A stretch of 64,000 nucleotides of DNA, from assembly GCF_006345805.1 (NCBI RefSeq), contig NC_043007.1:39370001-39434000 (forward strand), given 5' to 3'. The translations under genes were made by a program, and so were the position numbers. The DNA comes from Octopus sinensis. Lineage: Eukaryota. Of this stretch, positions 37,326 through 49,614 are shown piece by piece (position 1 is the first letter of the stretch; each line of letters starts with the position of its first letter). Under the pieces are notes generated by a model. It was not told where the DNA came from. It searched no databases and worked only from the letters and a program-made list of their open reading frames with translations.

Positions 37326-38375
37326 ACATATTCTAGAGAAGATGGACGATCTTTTCAAACGCACGAGATGGAAAGCATATTTATGGGACTTAGCCATCGT
37401 TGAATCTAATACATACTATTAAGAGAGAAAAGAACTGCTTCTCCCCAAAGATCAATCATCTGAATAACTTGGAACAACTTGGAATCAGAATCCTTAGGCA
37501 AAATATACAACCAAAAATTCCGTAAGTTTTCTTACCTTTTCCAATGTAAACGTTTCACAGATACTCAGAACTTAGATTATTATAAAGTCTTTGTATTTTT
37601 CGATTAAGCAAAAAATTATATTAAGTAGATAAGATTTTTTGTAGACAACTATTGACCAAAAATATATCTTGTAATGACAAAAAGGTTAGCTCACAGACGT
37701 GTGTAAACATTGACCGAGAGAAGCTGAGGCAATAGAAATTATACTTAAAATTGACGGTAGAGGTATTAGCTAAACAACAAGCGATCTATCACTATCAAAT
37801 ACCATGAAAGTGACTGAATACAATCTGAAATGCTAGCTAATTAACACTACTAAATTTGAAATTGGTTAATCAACATAAAAACCGTTGTGTAAGTTCAACC
37901 ACAAAATTAGAACAGCCATCGCTAATAAACACAATGCCAAATTCACACAATTTGATATAATGTACGCCGAGGGGGTGCAGAAAGTTCCTTGCTTTAAGGG
38001 TGTCGCGTAACGCCTGGTTGGAGGCCCAACCTTTCGTGTTCTTTTACAGAACTTAGAAAAACTGAAGGACTGCAGCAATAAGTGTGTGAATCTGAGAGGA
38101 ATAAGTTGAGTAAAATCATAATTAACTGATCCTTCAGTATTTTCTTTTGCCCCAAACCAGTAACTTTTCAGCATCCCCTCGTATTTCTAGACCTTTATCT
38201 CCAGACCTTACTTCTGAGAGCAATAAATTTCGCTAAATCTTATAATAGTGTATACAAAAAATATATTGGTGTAACGACGCACGCAAGAAAAAGACAGTGC
38301 TCTTCGAAGACAGTTCGACATGGGTAAAAAGAATCCGACTGAGATGGGTCCTTCGACGTGGACATGGGATAGTTT
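37326..38375 (+). pseudogene. Penelope-like element: N-terminal and RT 5' part
   Basis: ILEKMDDLFKRTRWKAY; KIDGR..VLAKQQA.ITIK.H...LINTTKFEIG; LLLRAINFAKSY...THARK; VLFEDSSTWVK; FDVDMG. Interrupted by a MITE. Confidence 0.8.
37963..38183. mobile_element. mariner-type MITE
   Basis: Ends ..cgagggggtgcagaaagtt / aacttttcagcatcccctcg-ta; partial sister copy at 17370-17483. Confidence 0.75.
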
Positions 38376-38411
38376 AAAAGCATGAAAATTTGCAACCTCA
38401 TTGGTCTACGT

Positions 38412-38612
38412 CAGTGGTTTTTAACCAGGGTTCCGCCAGTACAGTCCAGGGGTTCCGCAAGAAGTTACAAAAATGGTAAAATCGACAGTAACTTTTAATT
38501 CTCCTGTGCAGATATGTGTGCATAAGACAATTAAATTATTGCACAGGGGTTCCTCGAACCAGTGAAATGTTTTCTTGGGGTTCCGCTCCAGCAAAAAGGT
38601 TGAAAAGCACTG
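38412..38612. mobile_element. hAT (Charlie-like) MITE with perfect 8-bp TSD
   Basis: gtctacgt-CAGTGGTTTTTAACC...GGTTGAAAAGCACTG-gtctacgt. Confidence 0.9.
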
Positions 38613-38699
38613 GTCTACGTAGATCTACGCAGGAAAAAATTCGAGTTGCTTTCAGAAAATATTCGACCTTTTGGCATTAAAAACATGCAATTTTGTACA

Positions 38700-38950
38700 T
38701 TTCACAAATTTTATTTTAGCGCCTTGGGAGCTGACATCAATCAACCGTTCTGTCACTGCTGGTAACAACTCTGGAATGCTTTTTCTCGAACCCTATGGAG
38801 CTCCGCCTTCGCTTTTCTCATAATTTCCTCTCGCGACACAAATTAGTTCCCTTTCAGAGTGAATTTTCAGTTTGGGGGAAGAGCCAGAAGTCACACTATG
38901 CCAAGTCGGGAGGAACCTGTCGAACAAGTGGTGTGTTGTTCTTGACCAGT
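38700..38950 (-). pseudogene. mariner transposase C-terminal fragment
   Basis: PDLA*CDFWLFP...KGT...AELH (variant of SPDLAPCDFWLFP). Confidence 0.75.
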
Positions 38951-38962
38951 AAATCTTGGATT

Positions 38963-39290
38963 ACGAGGTGCGTTTAAAAGTATCCGACTTAATTTTTTTG
39001 CCCACACAATTTTTTTGCACAAATCCTCCTTTCAAATGGAATGCACTGATCTTCTGCTTATTCTAACTTCGTGAGTAATCTCTTAGATTGTTACACGACT
39101 TTCTTCCACGATAATTTGCTGAACCTTCTCCATCAGCTCCGTTTCGGCATGTGGATGGCCTACTTGAACATGCCTCGCTCTTCATTGGAGTACGGTCATG
39201 TTTATATAAATATAGATTATTGAGACATATTTTAATCCATAAGAAGGCCACTCACTGCATTTTTATCACAAAGAAAAATTCTCGCTGTTG
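38963..39290 (-). mobile_element. Deleted mariner with HTH-region remnant
   Basis: TA-CGAGGTGCGTTTAAAAGT terminus; DRTPMKSEACSSRPSTC (cf. GRTSVE.E.RSGRPST). Confidence 0.65.
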
Positions 39291-39986
39291 ACAAAAAAAT
39301 GTAAACACACCAGACTAAGCTGTGTGGTAAGTAGCTTGTTTACGAACCACATGGTTCCGGGTTCAGTCCCACTGCGTGGCACCTTGGGCAAGTGTCTTCT
39401 ACTATAGTCTCGGGCCGACCAAAGCCTTGTGAGTGGATTTGGTAGACGGAAACTGAAAGGAGCCTGTCGTATATATGTATACATATGTAAAATACGGATT
39501 AGAAGCGCTAAGCAGTAATTTATGTAAATATATACTTGTTACCTGATGAAATATGTTTGAGATATATTCGAACTATTAAGGAGACCATTCACTGCATTTT
39601 GTTAGTGGCTTAGTGTTTAGGGTGTTCGACTCATGGTCGTAAGAGTGTGGTTTCGATTCCTGGTCTGAACGACGCGTTGTTCCAGTCCATTCAGCTGCCG
39701 AAAATGAGTAACTCTGCGACGGACTGGCATCCCGTGGGTGGGGTGGGGGAGATATATACGCCACGGAAACCGGGAAACCGGCCTTATAAATCTATGATTC
39801 AGGAAGGATTTGTACCGTTTCATCCTTTGCTCCATCGATCCGGATAGACAGTGCTCCGAACTGACTCGGCGTGTTTATACGTTTTTCTCTACTTTGACAA
39901 AATGCAGTGAATGCCTTTCTTACGTGTTCCAGTATGTCTCAAACATATTTAAACTGATAATAAGTTTATATGTCTATGAACATCTA

Positions 39987-41225
39987 TCAGGTTGTTCAGA
40001 AAATTCTGAACATTTTTTAATATGCAGTGATATAAATAATTGACCTTTCAATAAATTTTATTCAATGAAATAATTTCCATTATTATTAATGGCATTTGCC
40101 CATCTATCAGGCAATTTAAATATCCCATCACCATAAAATTTGACTGGTTTTGAAGTAAAAAGTAATCTAAGTCGTTAAATGTTTTTCCTTTAAATGAATT
40201 CTGTAGAGACAAAAACAAGTGGTAGTCGGATGGCACAATATCAGGAGAATGTGGTGGATGGGGTAGGAGGTACCAGCCAAGTTCATGTAATTTTGTTCGG
40301 GTAGTCAAAGACACAAGTAGCCGGGCATTGACTTGTTAGAACACTATCCCTTTCCTGTTGGCAATCTCCGGCCTCAATTCTTTGATTTTTTTGGTTCAAA
40401 TTAGCCAGCTGACGACAGTACACATCAGAATTAATGATCTGGTTTTGTGGGAGAAGCTTATAAAAAATAATACCTTTATGATCCCACCAAACACAAAGCA
40501 TAGACATTTTTGGCATGGATATTCGTCCTTGGTTGCTGTTTTGGGGGATCCTAACGCAACTCCAGGATCTTTTTGGCGCTACGTTTTCGTACACAATCTA
40601 TTTTTCTTCTCCAGTCACAAGTTGTTTCAAAAAAGGTAAGCTTTCATTACGTTTCAAAAACATATCACAAATGGAATCCCAGTCCTAGCAATTCTTTTTT
40701 GAGGGTTTATGAGGAGCCTATACATTATAGTGAGAAATTTATCCTAACTTCACTAGGTGTTCATGAGCCTTACTTTTAGAAACTTCCAACTCTTCTGCAA
40801 ATTCTCTAGTCATGATATTTGAGTTTTTTTCGATTTTTACCTTCAAAACATCTTCGTCCAATTTTGAAGGTCTTCCACTGCGACTGTCATCTTCCATGCT
40901 AAATACTCCAGTTTCAAATTTTGCAAGCCCCGTCGTACAGTTGATTTACCTACATCATCATCACCATAAACTTCACATTGCAGCATTTTCTCCTTTTTAG
41001 AAAAATGCATTACAACGCGAATATGAAATTATTGTTTATCTATTTCAAATGTCAATAAAGGGTAACCGGAATGAAAGATAAATCTATTTTTGGTCAGGAA
41101 CAAAGAAGAGATGCACTACCATTTCAAGCAACGCCAAAGTTTTAACCGTGTTACTTTTCAGGTGTGTTCAATGAAGCGTTAAAAGATTTAGCTTAAAAAC
41201 GCTCAGAACTTTCCGAACAACCTAA
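39987..41225 (-). mobile_element. Near full-length decayed mariner transposon (1239 bp)
   Basis: TA-flanked TIRs T(C/T)AGGTTGTTC(A/G)GAAA; EVYGD...STVRR...DDSRSGRPS; MLCVWWD.KGII; HPPHSPDIVPSDYHLF. Many stops and frameshifts. Confidence 0.92.
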
Positions 41226-41299
41226 TAGTAATGTTTGTCCGTCTGTCAATCTATCTGTCTATCTCTGTCTGTCTGTTTCATTCTCTGTATATGTGCTAA

Positions 41300-41817
41300 T
41301 TTGTTCCCGGAGACCGCTCGTAAAGCGGAGCAATAATTTCCCATAGTATCAATTAGAAATCGTAATTCGCTCCTAGAAAAATATTTTACCTATAAAATTT
41401 ATAATACGTGTAAATAAATGGCAATAAAACAACAGTAGAATGTAAAGAATATTTTATGTAAAGTGAAAAGAATGTCAAGATCATTTGTAATAAAAAGTAT
41501 TATTATAATAATCGTTTTCTGAATCACTTTCACTCACACTATCACCTGTAGATGTAGTCGCCAATTCACAAGCATTCGTAGACGGACTTGTAGATTTCTT
41601 TTTAAAAAACAAGCCTAGAGTTATTTGCTTAGAAGAAGCTTTTTTCCGTTCTCTATAAATTTCTCGGTAATGCGCAGAAACATTTGTTATGGGTGTAGAA
41701 ACTTTTGCACTTCGCTCAAAATTGGCTCTTGTGCTCGAAAAATTTCAGTTCACCTTACAAAAGTGAGCTGAAAAATAAACTTGTAAACGTGAGGTCTCGT
41801 AAGGCGGGGTATTACTG
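41300..41817. mobile_element. pogo/Tigger-type fragment (right end)
   Basis: Ends ctcgtaaggcggggtattactg-TA. Confidence 0.6.
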
Positions 41818-42571
41818 TATATTTCTGCACGCTCGTGTGTGTATGTGTGTTGCATACAGTGCTAAAACGTACTGTCGCCAAAACAGTTTGAATGTCTAGT
41901 CAGCCGTATCAGTTCGTCAGCATCCAAACAGCAGCACACAGTCTTCGTGTTCTGGGATGGAAGACGCCACATATCCCAATGTACCAACGCAACACGATCG
42001 AACCAGGCACCACGTGGCTACGAAGAGACTATGCCTATCTATTGAAGTACCTCTTTATCTAAGTATGTGAGCGTGCGTAGGCGACACGGCAACAGAACTG
42101 GCGAGACAACACAACCGTTTTTTTATTTTTCACGTCTATTAGAATTATCAGAAGACAACAAAAGATGCGCTACCATAGGTTCATTAATCTTAAACAAGTT
42201 GACATGCTGTACTGATATATATACCAATGTAGAACACAAGACTAACTCCTCTTCTTAACCCCAACCCAGAACATAGAATCATCTGATCTGACATTTCTTT
42301 ATTCTCAATTTTATAATGGATTTCATTGTTTCGTTTTTGTCTTTTATTTTAATTGGGGGTTGAGGTGGGAGTTTGTCGGGTAAAGAGTTTCTTTATATAT
42401 CTTTTATTTGTTTGGATCTCGTTATTTTTGGCTTTTCTTTCTCTTTTTTCTTTTATTTATAATTTTCCATAAAGACAGCAGATGGCCAATGTGTGTTTGT
42501 GTGAGTGAATAGTTCTATCTGCGAGCGTGTGTATACATAGGTAAATATTTATATATGCGTAAGTATGTTTG

Positions 42572-42617
<46 letters not shown>

Positions 42618-43039
42618 CATACAGGGTGTCCCAAAATTAACAATCTATTTCAGTGAAATCGTACCATTTAAAAAAAAAACTCACTTTTATTTATTACTAG
42701 CTGAAAAACTACACTCCGCGCAGACTTTTAAGCTGGCTTCTGCGGGGAGCTAATTGGGCCTGCGGCTCCAAACTAGGGAGCGCTAAATAGCATGGCTATA
42801 ATGTGTCTGTAATGACTATATACCCCGGTGCTGTTTGATCAGAGGTTAAGGATGGATGGGAATTAATTCCGTAATGCAATCATGCTATTGTTCCAGTTCC
42901 AAGTTGAATTCCAACTGTTTGGCCAATTTATCCCAAAGTTCTAATCTCGACCGTAAAATTAACGAAGCGAATGTCATTTACTCCTCCACCCCGCCCCGAC
43001 TTAATCACTGACGTCATCTGACAAACGCCAACCAAGATG

Positions 43040-43605
43040 GCGTGAATTAGCAAAGCTTTACCTGCCCCAAATGCTTTTAAATCACCACTCTATGTCACGC
43101 TGGTGAGACCCATATTGGAATACGGGATTCAAGCCTCATTATCTCCTCAAAGACATACAGCATCTCGAAAGAGTCCAGAAGCTGGCTACCCGCATGGTTC
43201 ATGGTCTCAAAAATTTGTCCTATGTAGAAAGGCTGAGGACGCTCGACCTTTATTCTCTAGAAAAACGCAGCCGCCGTGGTGATCTCATTCTCGCCCACAG
43301 CATCATAAGCGGAAAGTGTAACCTCTTGAAAGAGCGTCCAGAGCGTCGGCTGCGGGGTCATTCCGAAAAGCTCTACCTGCGACGATTTCATCTCAATCGA
43401 AGGAGAGGAGCTTTCTCCGTCCGGGTTGCGGATCCGTGGAACAAGCTGCCAGACGAGATGGTGAAGATGCCGACGACCGCTTTGTTCAAAGCCTCCCTTG
43501 ACCTCAAGTGGCCTGAACTCTTTACATGAACACCACCCTGTACTTAACTCCATGTCCCCCTACATGGCCTTGCTATTTGCTTTTGAGCCAAATTAACTAA
43601 CTAGA
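43040..43605 (+). mobile_element. CR1-clade LINE 3' end
   Basis: TLVRPILEY...LERVQKLATRMVHGLKNLSYVERLRTLDLYSLEKR.RRGDLI...RGHSEKL...FSVRVADPWNKLP; (TAAC)n-like tail. Confidence 0.92.
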
Positions 43606-44049
43606 TCCCAATGCTGGATGTCCAAGAACCAAATTAAGGGCAGATTTTCAATCCCGGGATCATATGTCTATGTAGAGCAAATGCAGACTGAGATAGAGGG
43701 GGTCCCAGACAGAATTTCGCGTTTATTAATATAGATGTTTATTATATCTAATATGTGTTAAAAGTGTATGAATTTAAAATTTTGTTTATAATTTTAAAGG
43801 TTTTATATTTTGTTTTATGATCTTATTTCCATTCTTGTTGGACCCCATTTATCTGTCTACGACAGCTTTTTCCAATTTGGTTGCAATCATTTTTCTCTGC
43901 CTCTGTCTCCAGGATGGGGCGATAGAACTTAAAGAAAGCATTCAGTTAGCAGTGCAGGAGATAATTCCTGAAAGGCTTCAAAGTGTGTTGCGCAACGCTA
44001 AGGAGAGATCTGAAATTTGCAGGGGTACAAACGGAGCACTTGTTGAAAA

Positions 44050-44559
44050 TCTATATATATAAAACTCTAGTTGTGTGAGTGTCTGTCCCCTTCGATTTAA
44101 ATTCCTAACTACTCCCACATTTTGCGGTGCAGTTTAACCAAATTCGGGTATCTTATAGTCGTGATTCATATCGAGCCCGTCTGAGTATTAGCGCGCGTCT
44201 ACGATGAGTCTACGATTTAAAAAATAATTTAACATCATTTTTTATTCCATTTTAATGCATAATTTTTCGTGTGTCGATGGCGGCGGAGTTGGCGTCCATG
44301 GTCACACCTGCACCTGTTTGCTTCTCCCCCTTCTTCCCTCCCTCGTGAAGCTGTGGGGAAGGGAGTGTAAGGAAATCAACGTCGTAATGCGTTGTCAAGG
44401 AGACCAGCGTTCTTTTAGAACAACGACTTCATGGCTTGACACCAAAACAGAAATGGCTAAGAAAGCCCGAATTGGTATCTATAAGGGAAGTAACTCTCTA
44501 AAAATGCTTATATAGTTATTTCCCTTACAAACCCGAGCAACGCCGGGCGCTACTGCTAG
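44050..44559 (+). mobile_element. Non-autonomous Helitron (510 bp)
   Basis: Inserted between A and T; starts TCTATATATATAAAA; 3' hairpin CCCGAGCAACGCCGGG then CTAG; no TSD. Confidence 0.9.
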
Positions 44560-45360
44560 TTTTCAATAAAGTTTTGACAAGATTTGTAAATCTATTTATT
44601 TTGGCGTCATAATTAAGTATTAAACATAAAATTTTGTCATTAAAATAAGATAGTTGATACAGAGACACCCTTTATATATAAAGTTGGCGAGCTGGCAGAA
44701 TCTTTACTGTGCTTGAAAAGTGCTCAGCAGCAATTCTTCCGACAAGGTCGATAAATACCAGTTGAACACAGGGGTCAATTTAATCGACTTACCCCTTCTC
44801 CGAAATTGCTGGCCATGTGCCAAAATTCGAAACCAATATAAAAAAAAATAGCCTTAAGTCGGCGAATTGGCGAATTTGCCCGCCAGGCAAAATGCTTTGA
44901 TGTATTTCGTACATCTTTACGTTCTGAGTTCAAATTCCGCTGAGGTTGACTTTTTTTCCTTTCATCCTTTCAGGATCGATAAGATAAAGTACGAGTTGAG
45001 TACTGAGGTCGATGTAATCGACTTAACTCATCCCTGAATTTGCTGGTTTTATGCCAAAATTTTAAACCAACATTAAAATCTAGCCATCTCAAACACCTTA
45101 TTATACCCATCCTTCTTGAGGATTACGTTAAAGGTATACATGTTTATGGAATACGCAGTCACTCACGTGATAATTCAATGAGTAGGTAGCTAAGCTGATC
45201 AATCAACTGCAATACTCACTGTCGAAATTAGTAGAATTTTTAAACTTCTTTTTTACCATGTGTAAATTAACATTTTTATTTATGCATATACATACATACA
45301 TATATACATACATCGACCTACTAACCTTCATCTAACTGTGGATATATATAATATATATAT

Positions 45361-45402
<42 letters not shown>

Positions 45403-46239
45403 TGTATAACTTATCGAAATGATACCTGAAGTAATGTTGTTGCCCTTGTTTAGCCCCAGGTCGGCCTTAATTAATGTGGAATGTTTCGACTGTGATCAAA
45501 AATGTTCTAGTCGTGAACATCTCGTCATTTTCCTATGTGTAGGGTAGCCAGGATTACATTATCCAACGAGTCCTTGAACGACAGTGGGGTGGGATGAGAT
45601 GATTTTTTTGGAGATTTGACTGCTATTTCCAACATGTCGAACGGCCGTGTAAAAGCTCCTACGCTGAAAAGCGTTGAATCGAACACCAGAACACTTTAGA
45701 AGCTCCACTCCAGGTTTAGTATGAGTTTTACTCCCTACCCTTTTCCTTACAAGGCAACGGTGTTATTTCCCAATAGCTGGGGATCTGTAATTCCGGACAA
45801 AAGCCCATATCAGGTTCTGCCAAAAGGAACTAACAGACCCCAGGACTCGTCTCATGCAGAGTGGTCACTCTCTGAAGTCATTATTCTTCTTTGACCTTGC
45901 TTAGAAGTAAAACTTGATTCGGTAATATTTTCTCTTTCCCCGTCTGCAACCTAACGGAACAGCCTTTATGTGGGCGATCAATTTACTAGAAATAGAAGCT
46001 AAATTCTCTCAAACCACATTTTAACATCTTCAAAAACAGGAAGGAGATACATTGAATAACGTAGTCAGTTCAACACATACAAAAACGACAGGATGGTCAC
46101 CGTTGGAAATGGTTTTGTATCAAGACTGATAAATGCTTAAAAAGCAACAGAACCAACAATTTTCCCAGTCTATGGAGTTTATATCAATCGTTCTTCTTTC
46201 ATAATGTTTTATTTATTTATTGCTTTCTACTATATATTT

Positions 46240-46832
46240 CTTTACTGCCCTCAAGGGGCTAAACATAGAGGGGACAAACAAAGACAGACAAAGGGATTAA
46301 GTCGATTACATCGACTCCAGTGCGAAATTGGTACTTTATTTATCGACCCCGAAAGGATGAACGGCAAAGTCGACCTCTGCGGAGTTTGAACTCAGAATGT
46401 AACGACAGACGAAATACCTATTTCTTTATTACCCACAAGGGGCTAAACACAGAGGGGACAAACAAGGACAGACATAGGTATTAAGTCGATTACATCGACC
46501 CCAGTGCGTAACTGGTACTTAATTTATCGACCCCGAAAGGATGAAAGGCAAAGTCGACCTCAGCGGAATTTGAACTCAGAATGTAACGACAGACGAAATA
46601 CCTATTTATTATTGCCCACAAGGGGCCAAACACAGGGAGGACAAACAAGGACAGGCATAGGTATTAAGTCGATTACATCGACCCCAGTGCGTAACTGGTA
46701 CTTAATTTATCGACCCCGAAAGGATGAAAGGCAAAGTCGACCTCGGTGGAATTTGAACTCAGAATGTAACGGCAGACGAAATACGGCTACGCATTTCGCC
46801 CGGCGTGCTAACCATTCTGCCAGCTCACCGCC
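46240..46832 (-). mobile_element. Family B SINE with three tandem body units (about 183 bp)
   Basis: Junctions at 46417/46418 and 46601/46602. Confidence 0.9.
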
Positions 46833-47189
46833 TTTATTGTTTTCTACTATAGGCACAGGGCTAGAAATTTTGAGAGAGGGTGTTAGACGATTGCCACGAC
46901 GCCAGTACTCAACTGTAACTTATTTCATTGAATCCGAAAGGCAAGGTGAACCTCAGCGGACTTTGAGGTCAGTATGTAAAATCTGAAGAAATGCCGCTAA
47001 GCATTTTTGTCCGGCGTGCTAATACTCTACCACCTCTCTGCCTTCTTTCTTTCGTAGGTTAAGAACACAAAAACATCTTGCTACTGCTACGGCTGCTGCT
47101 GTTACTGTTGTTGCTTAAACTCAACGGCAATGAATTGACTGAAGCGTTTGAGCATCACACGAAATACTTTTCGTTATGTATTCCTGTGA

Positions 47190-47525
47190 AGGCGCAAGGC
47201 TCAGTAGTTAGAGCGTCTAGCTCACAATCATGAGGTAGTGAGTTCGATTCCTGAACCGGGCTGTGTGTTGGTGTTCTTGAGCAAGACACTTTATTTTTCA
47301 CGTTGCTTCAGTTCATTCATCTGTTGAAATGAGTAGCGTCATCACTGGTGCCAAGCTGTAACGGCTTCTGCCTTTCCCATGGACAACATCGGTGACGTGG
47401 AGAGAGGAGGCCAGTATGCACGGGCAACTGCTGGTCTTCCATAAGCAACCTTGCTCGGACTTGTGCCTCGAAGGGGAACTTTCTAGGTGCAATCTCATGG
47501 TCATTCATGACCGAAGGGGGTCTTT
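47190..47525 (+). mobile_element. CORE-like SINE with alternative tail
   Basis: tRNA-like head, cttgagcaagacacttt...catctgttgaaatgag core; tail shared with fragments at 8440-8540 and 16830-16935. Confidence 0.75.
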
Positions 47526-47574
47526 ACTCTTTGCTTTATTTATTCCTACTCTTTTCATTCTGAATTCAATTCCT

Positions 47575-47806
47575 TATTTCTTTACTACCCACAAGGGGCT
47601 AAACATAGAGGGGACAAACAAGGACAGACAAACGGATTAAGTCGATTACATCGACCTCCAGTGCGTAACTGGTACTTAATTTATCGACCCCGAAAGGATG
47701 AAAGGCAAAGTCGACCTCGGCGGAATTTGAACTCAGAATGTAACGGCAGACGAAATACGGCTACGCATTTCGCCCGGCGTGCTAACGATTCTGCCAGCTC
47801 GCCGCC
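47575..47806 (-). mobile_element. Family B SINE monomer with 18-bp TSD
   Basis: attctgaattcaattcct at 47557-47574 and 47809-47826. Confidence 0.92.
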
Positions 47807-48169
47807 CTATTCTGAATTCAATTCCTGCCCAGGTCAACTTAATCATACATCACAGAGTTAGTTGATCACTAGGTTAGAATTAGTAATCAAGCCAATAAAA
47901 ATCCACACATAATATTTAACGTACTAGTCAAGCAGAATATGATATCCAGAACATCAAACTGACCACTGGTCAATATATATTTAAAGCAGTCAAAATTTCA
48001 CGAGCTGTTATATGGTTATTAGACCTGCAAGAAATAACACTCAGATTCGACTCAAAGTACACTACCTGCCATCTTTAAAAGGAGAGAAGTTGGGCAATAT
48101 TGTCTTGAATATAAGATTGGGTGGTTATGGCTGGAACGCTTTGAGCATAGGTTTACTTCATCAAAGCTG

Positions 48170-48730
48170 ACCTGAGGTAAAACCTTATCATTACCATCAT
48201 CGTCGCCGCCGTCATCATCATTACCATCGTCGTCGACATCATCATCATCATGATCTTCTCCACTCCCTCTTCTTCATTATTGTCAGTGTCTTCATCATTG
48301 CCACTTTCCTCATCATCGCAGTCATCGTCGTTGCTATCATTGTCATCATTCTCTACCTCCTCAGTGTCATCATCATCTCATCGTGGTGGTCATCATTATC
48401 ATCATCGTTGCCATCATCATCATCACCACCACCACCACCACCACCATCATCATCAGCAGCAGCAGCAACAGCAGCAGCTGCCGTTCAAGAATTGGGACCT
48501 GGAGATCTCCATTTCCAGCGAGTTCAAGGACCACCTCCCAGTGGTGTCAGTCGTCAACGAAGAGCCCTCGACTACAAGACGACCAAAGTTTTTTTTTCCA
48601 AGGTCTGGGGTCTCCAGCCCCTAAGCCCTAGACTATCACCTAATCACTCTTACTCGTCTTGTTGCTTAACAACAACAACAACAACAACAACAACAGCAAC
48701 AACAACAACAACAGCAGCAGCAATCATTCG
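48170..48730. repeat. Trinucleotide-rich low-complexity tract (CAT/CAC/CAG/CAA) around a GC-rich unique core
   Basis: Direct reading. Confidence 0.85.
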
Positions 48731-49133
48731 TCCTAAACAGGAACAGTAACGCAGCAACATGCAGCACTTTAAATACACCACTTATTTAAGTTCGAGCATG
48801 TACATGAAATGATTTTCTAATCCCTTTCATGCTGGCTCGTAAGCCAGGACGGAGTTTGAACTCGTGATGCAAAGTACCGAAGCAAATACCCAATGTACCC
48901 ACGAGCCAAAGATCAGTTCCAATAGTTCTGATCGTGAGTACGGTATTCCTCCCCCCCCCCATATATCTCAATACTAACTTGTCGGTACATGTGCGATGCT
49001 CTAGTTCTGTACGTTTTAGCACCATGACCACGGTCTTAAAGACAGGGAACATGTTTCTACACAGCACTGGATTAACCATTGAGCAAAATAAACACCTGCT
49101 TAAGGTATCAAGTGAAGGCGGGACAACAAAAAA

Positions 49134-49440
49134 ATGGTAAATGGTTTACGCACAAAAGAATTTGTATTAAACTTCGAGATGCTTTATCTACTTAGTATAG
49201 CGGCAATGTTACGTAAGATTAATTTTGAGGATCTGCTCAAAGACTTTGCAATTAAAAAATGTAGGAGAAAACTTTCTAGATACAAATTATGTGGAAATAG
49301 AAAAAAAAAAATAAATAAATAAACGTTATTTTCAATTTTATTGTTAGTTTTGTTTCATTTTGAAGAACGAAAATTTATTTTATGGCTTATTATTGTTTAT
49401 ATTATGAATCACATATATGTGGGGCGGGGGTCACCAAACT
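49134..49440 (+). pseudogene. hAT transposase C-terminal (dimerisation-domain) remnant
   Basis: LSIAAMLRKINFEDLLKDFAIKKCRRK resembles the hAT C-terminal LSIE...IDF..II..FA.KK.R motif. Confidence 0.65.
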
Positions 49441-49614
49441 CTTTTTAAGCGCATAGTGCTTCTGTGGGTCTTAATCCGGCTATATCTCTATATGTTGTGT
49501 TCTTGCGGATGATGCATGCATTCTGTAACACACCGGTCAAAATTACTACCAATTTGTCTTTTAAGGGAATATTGATGATCACTTGGTATGTAAAAAGGAG
49601 TAATTAGTCATATA

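Larger units (their letters stand above)
42622..44672 (+). mobile_element. Tc1/mariner-superfamily element hosting a CR1 and a Helitron
   Basis: TA-CAGGGTGTCCCAAAA ... gagacaccct-t-TA; transposase tail ELKESIQLAVQEI..ERLQSVLRN...R.EIC...NGALVEN(FQ*). Confidence 0.75.

Noticed and set aside
39543-39575. CUGAUGA plus a 6-bp hairpin as another hammerhead
   Set aside because: GAAC instead of GAAA, register off, and no convincing stems I or III.
46504-46986. 160-aa ORF with an internal repeat
   Set aside because: Antisense reading of tandem SINE bodies; the same peptide recurs at 9670 and 47661.
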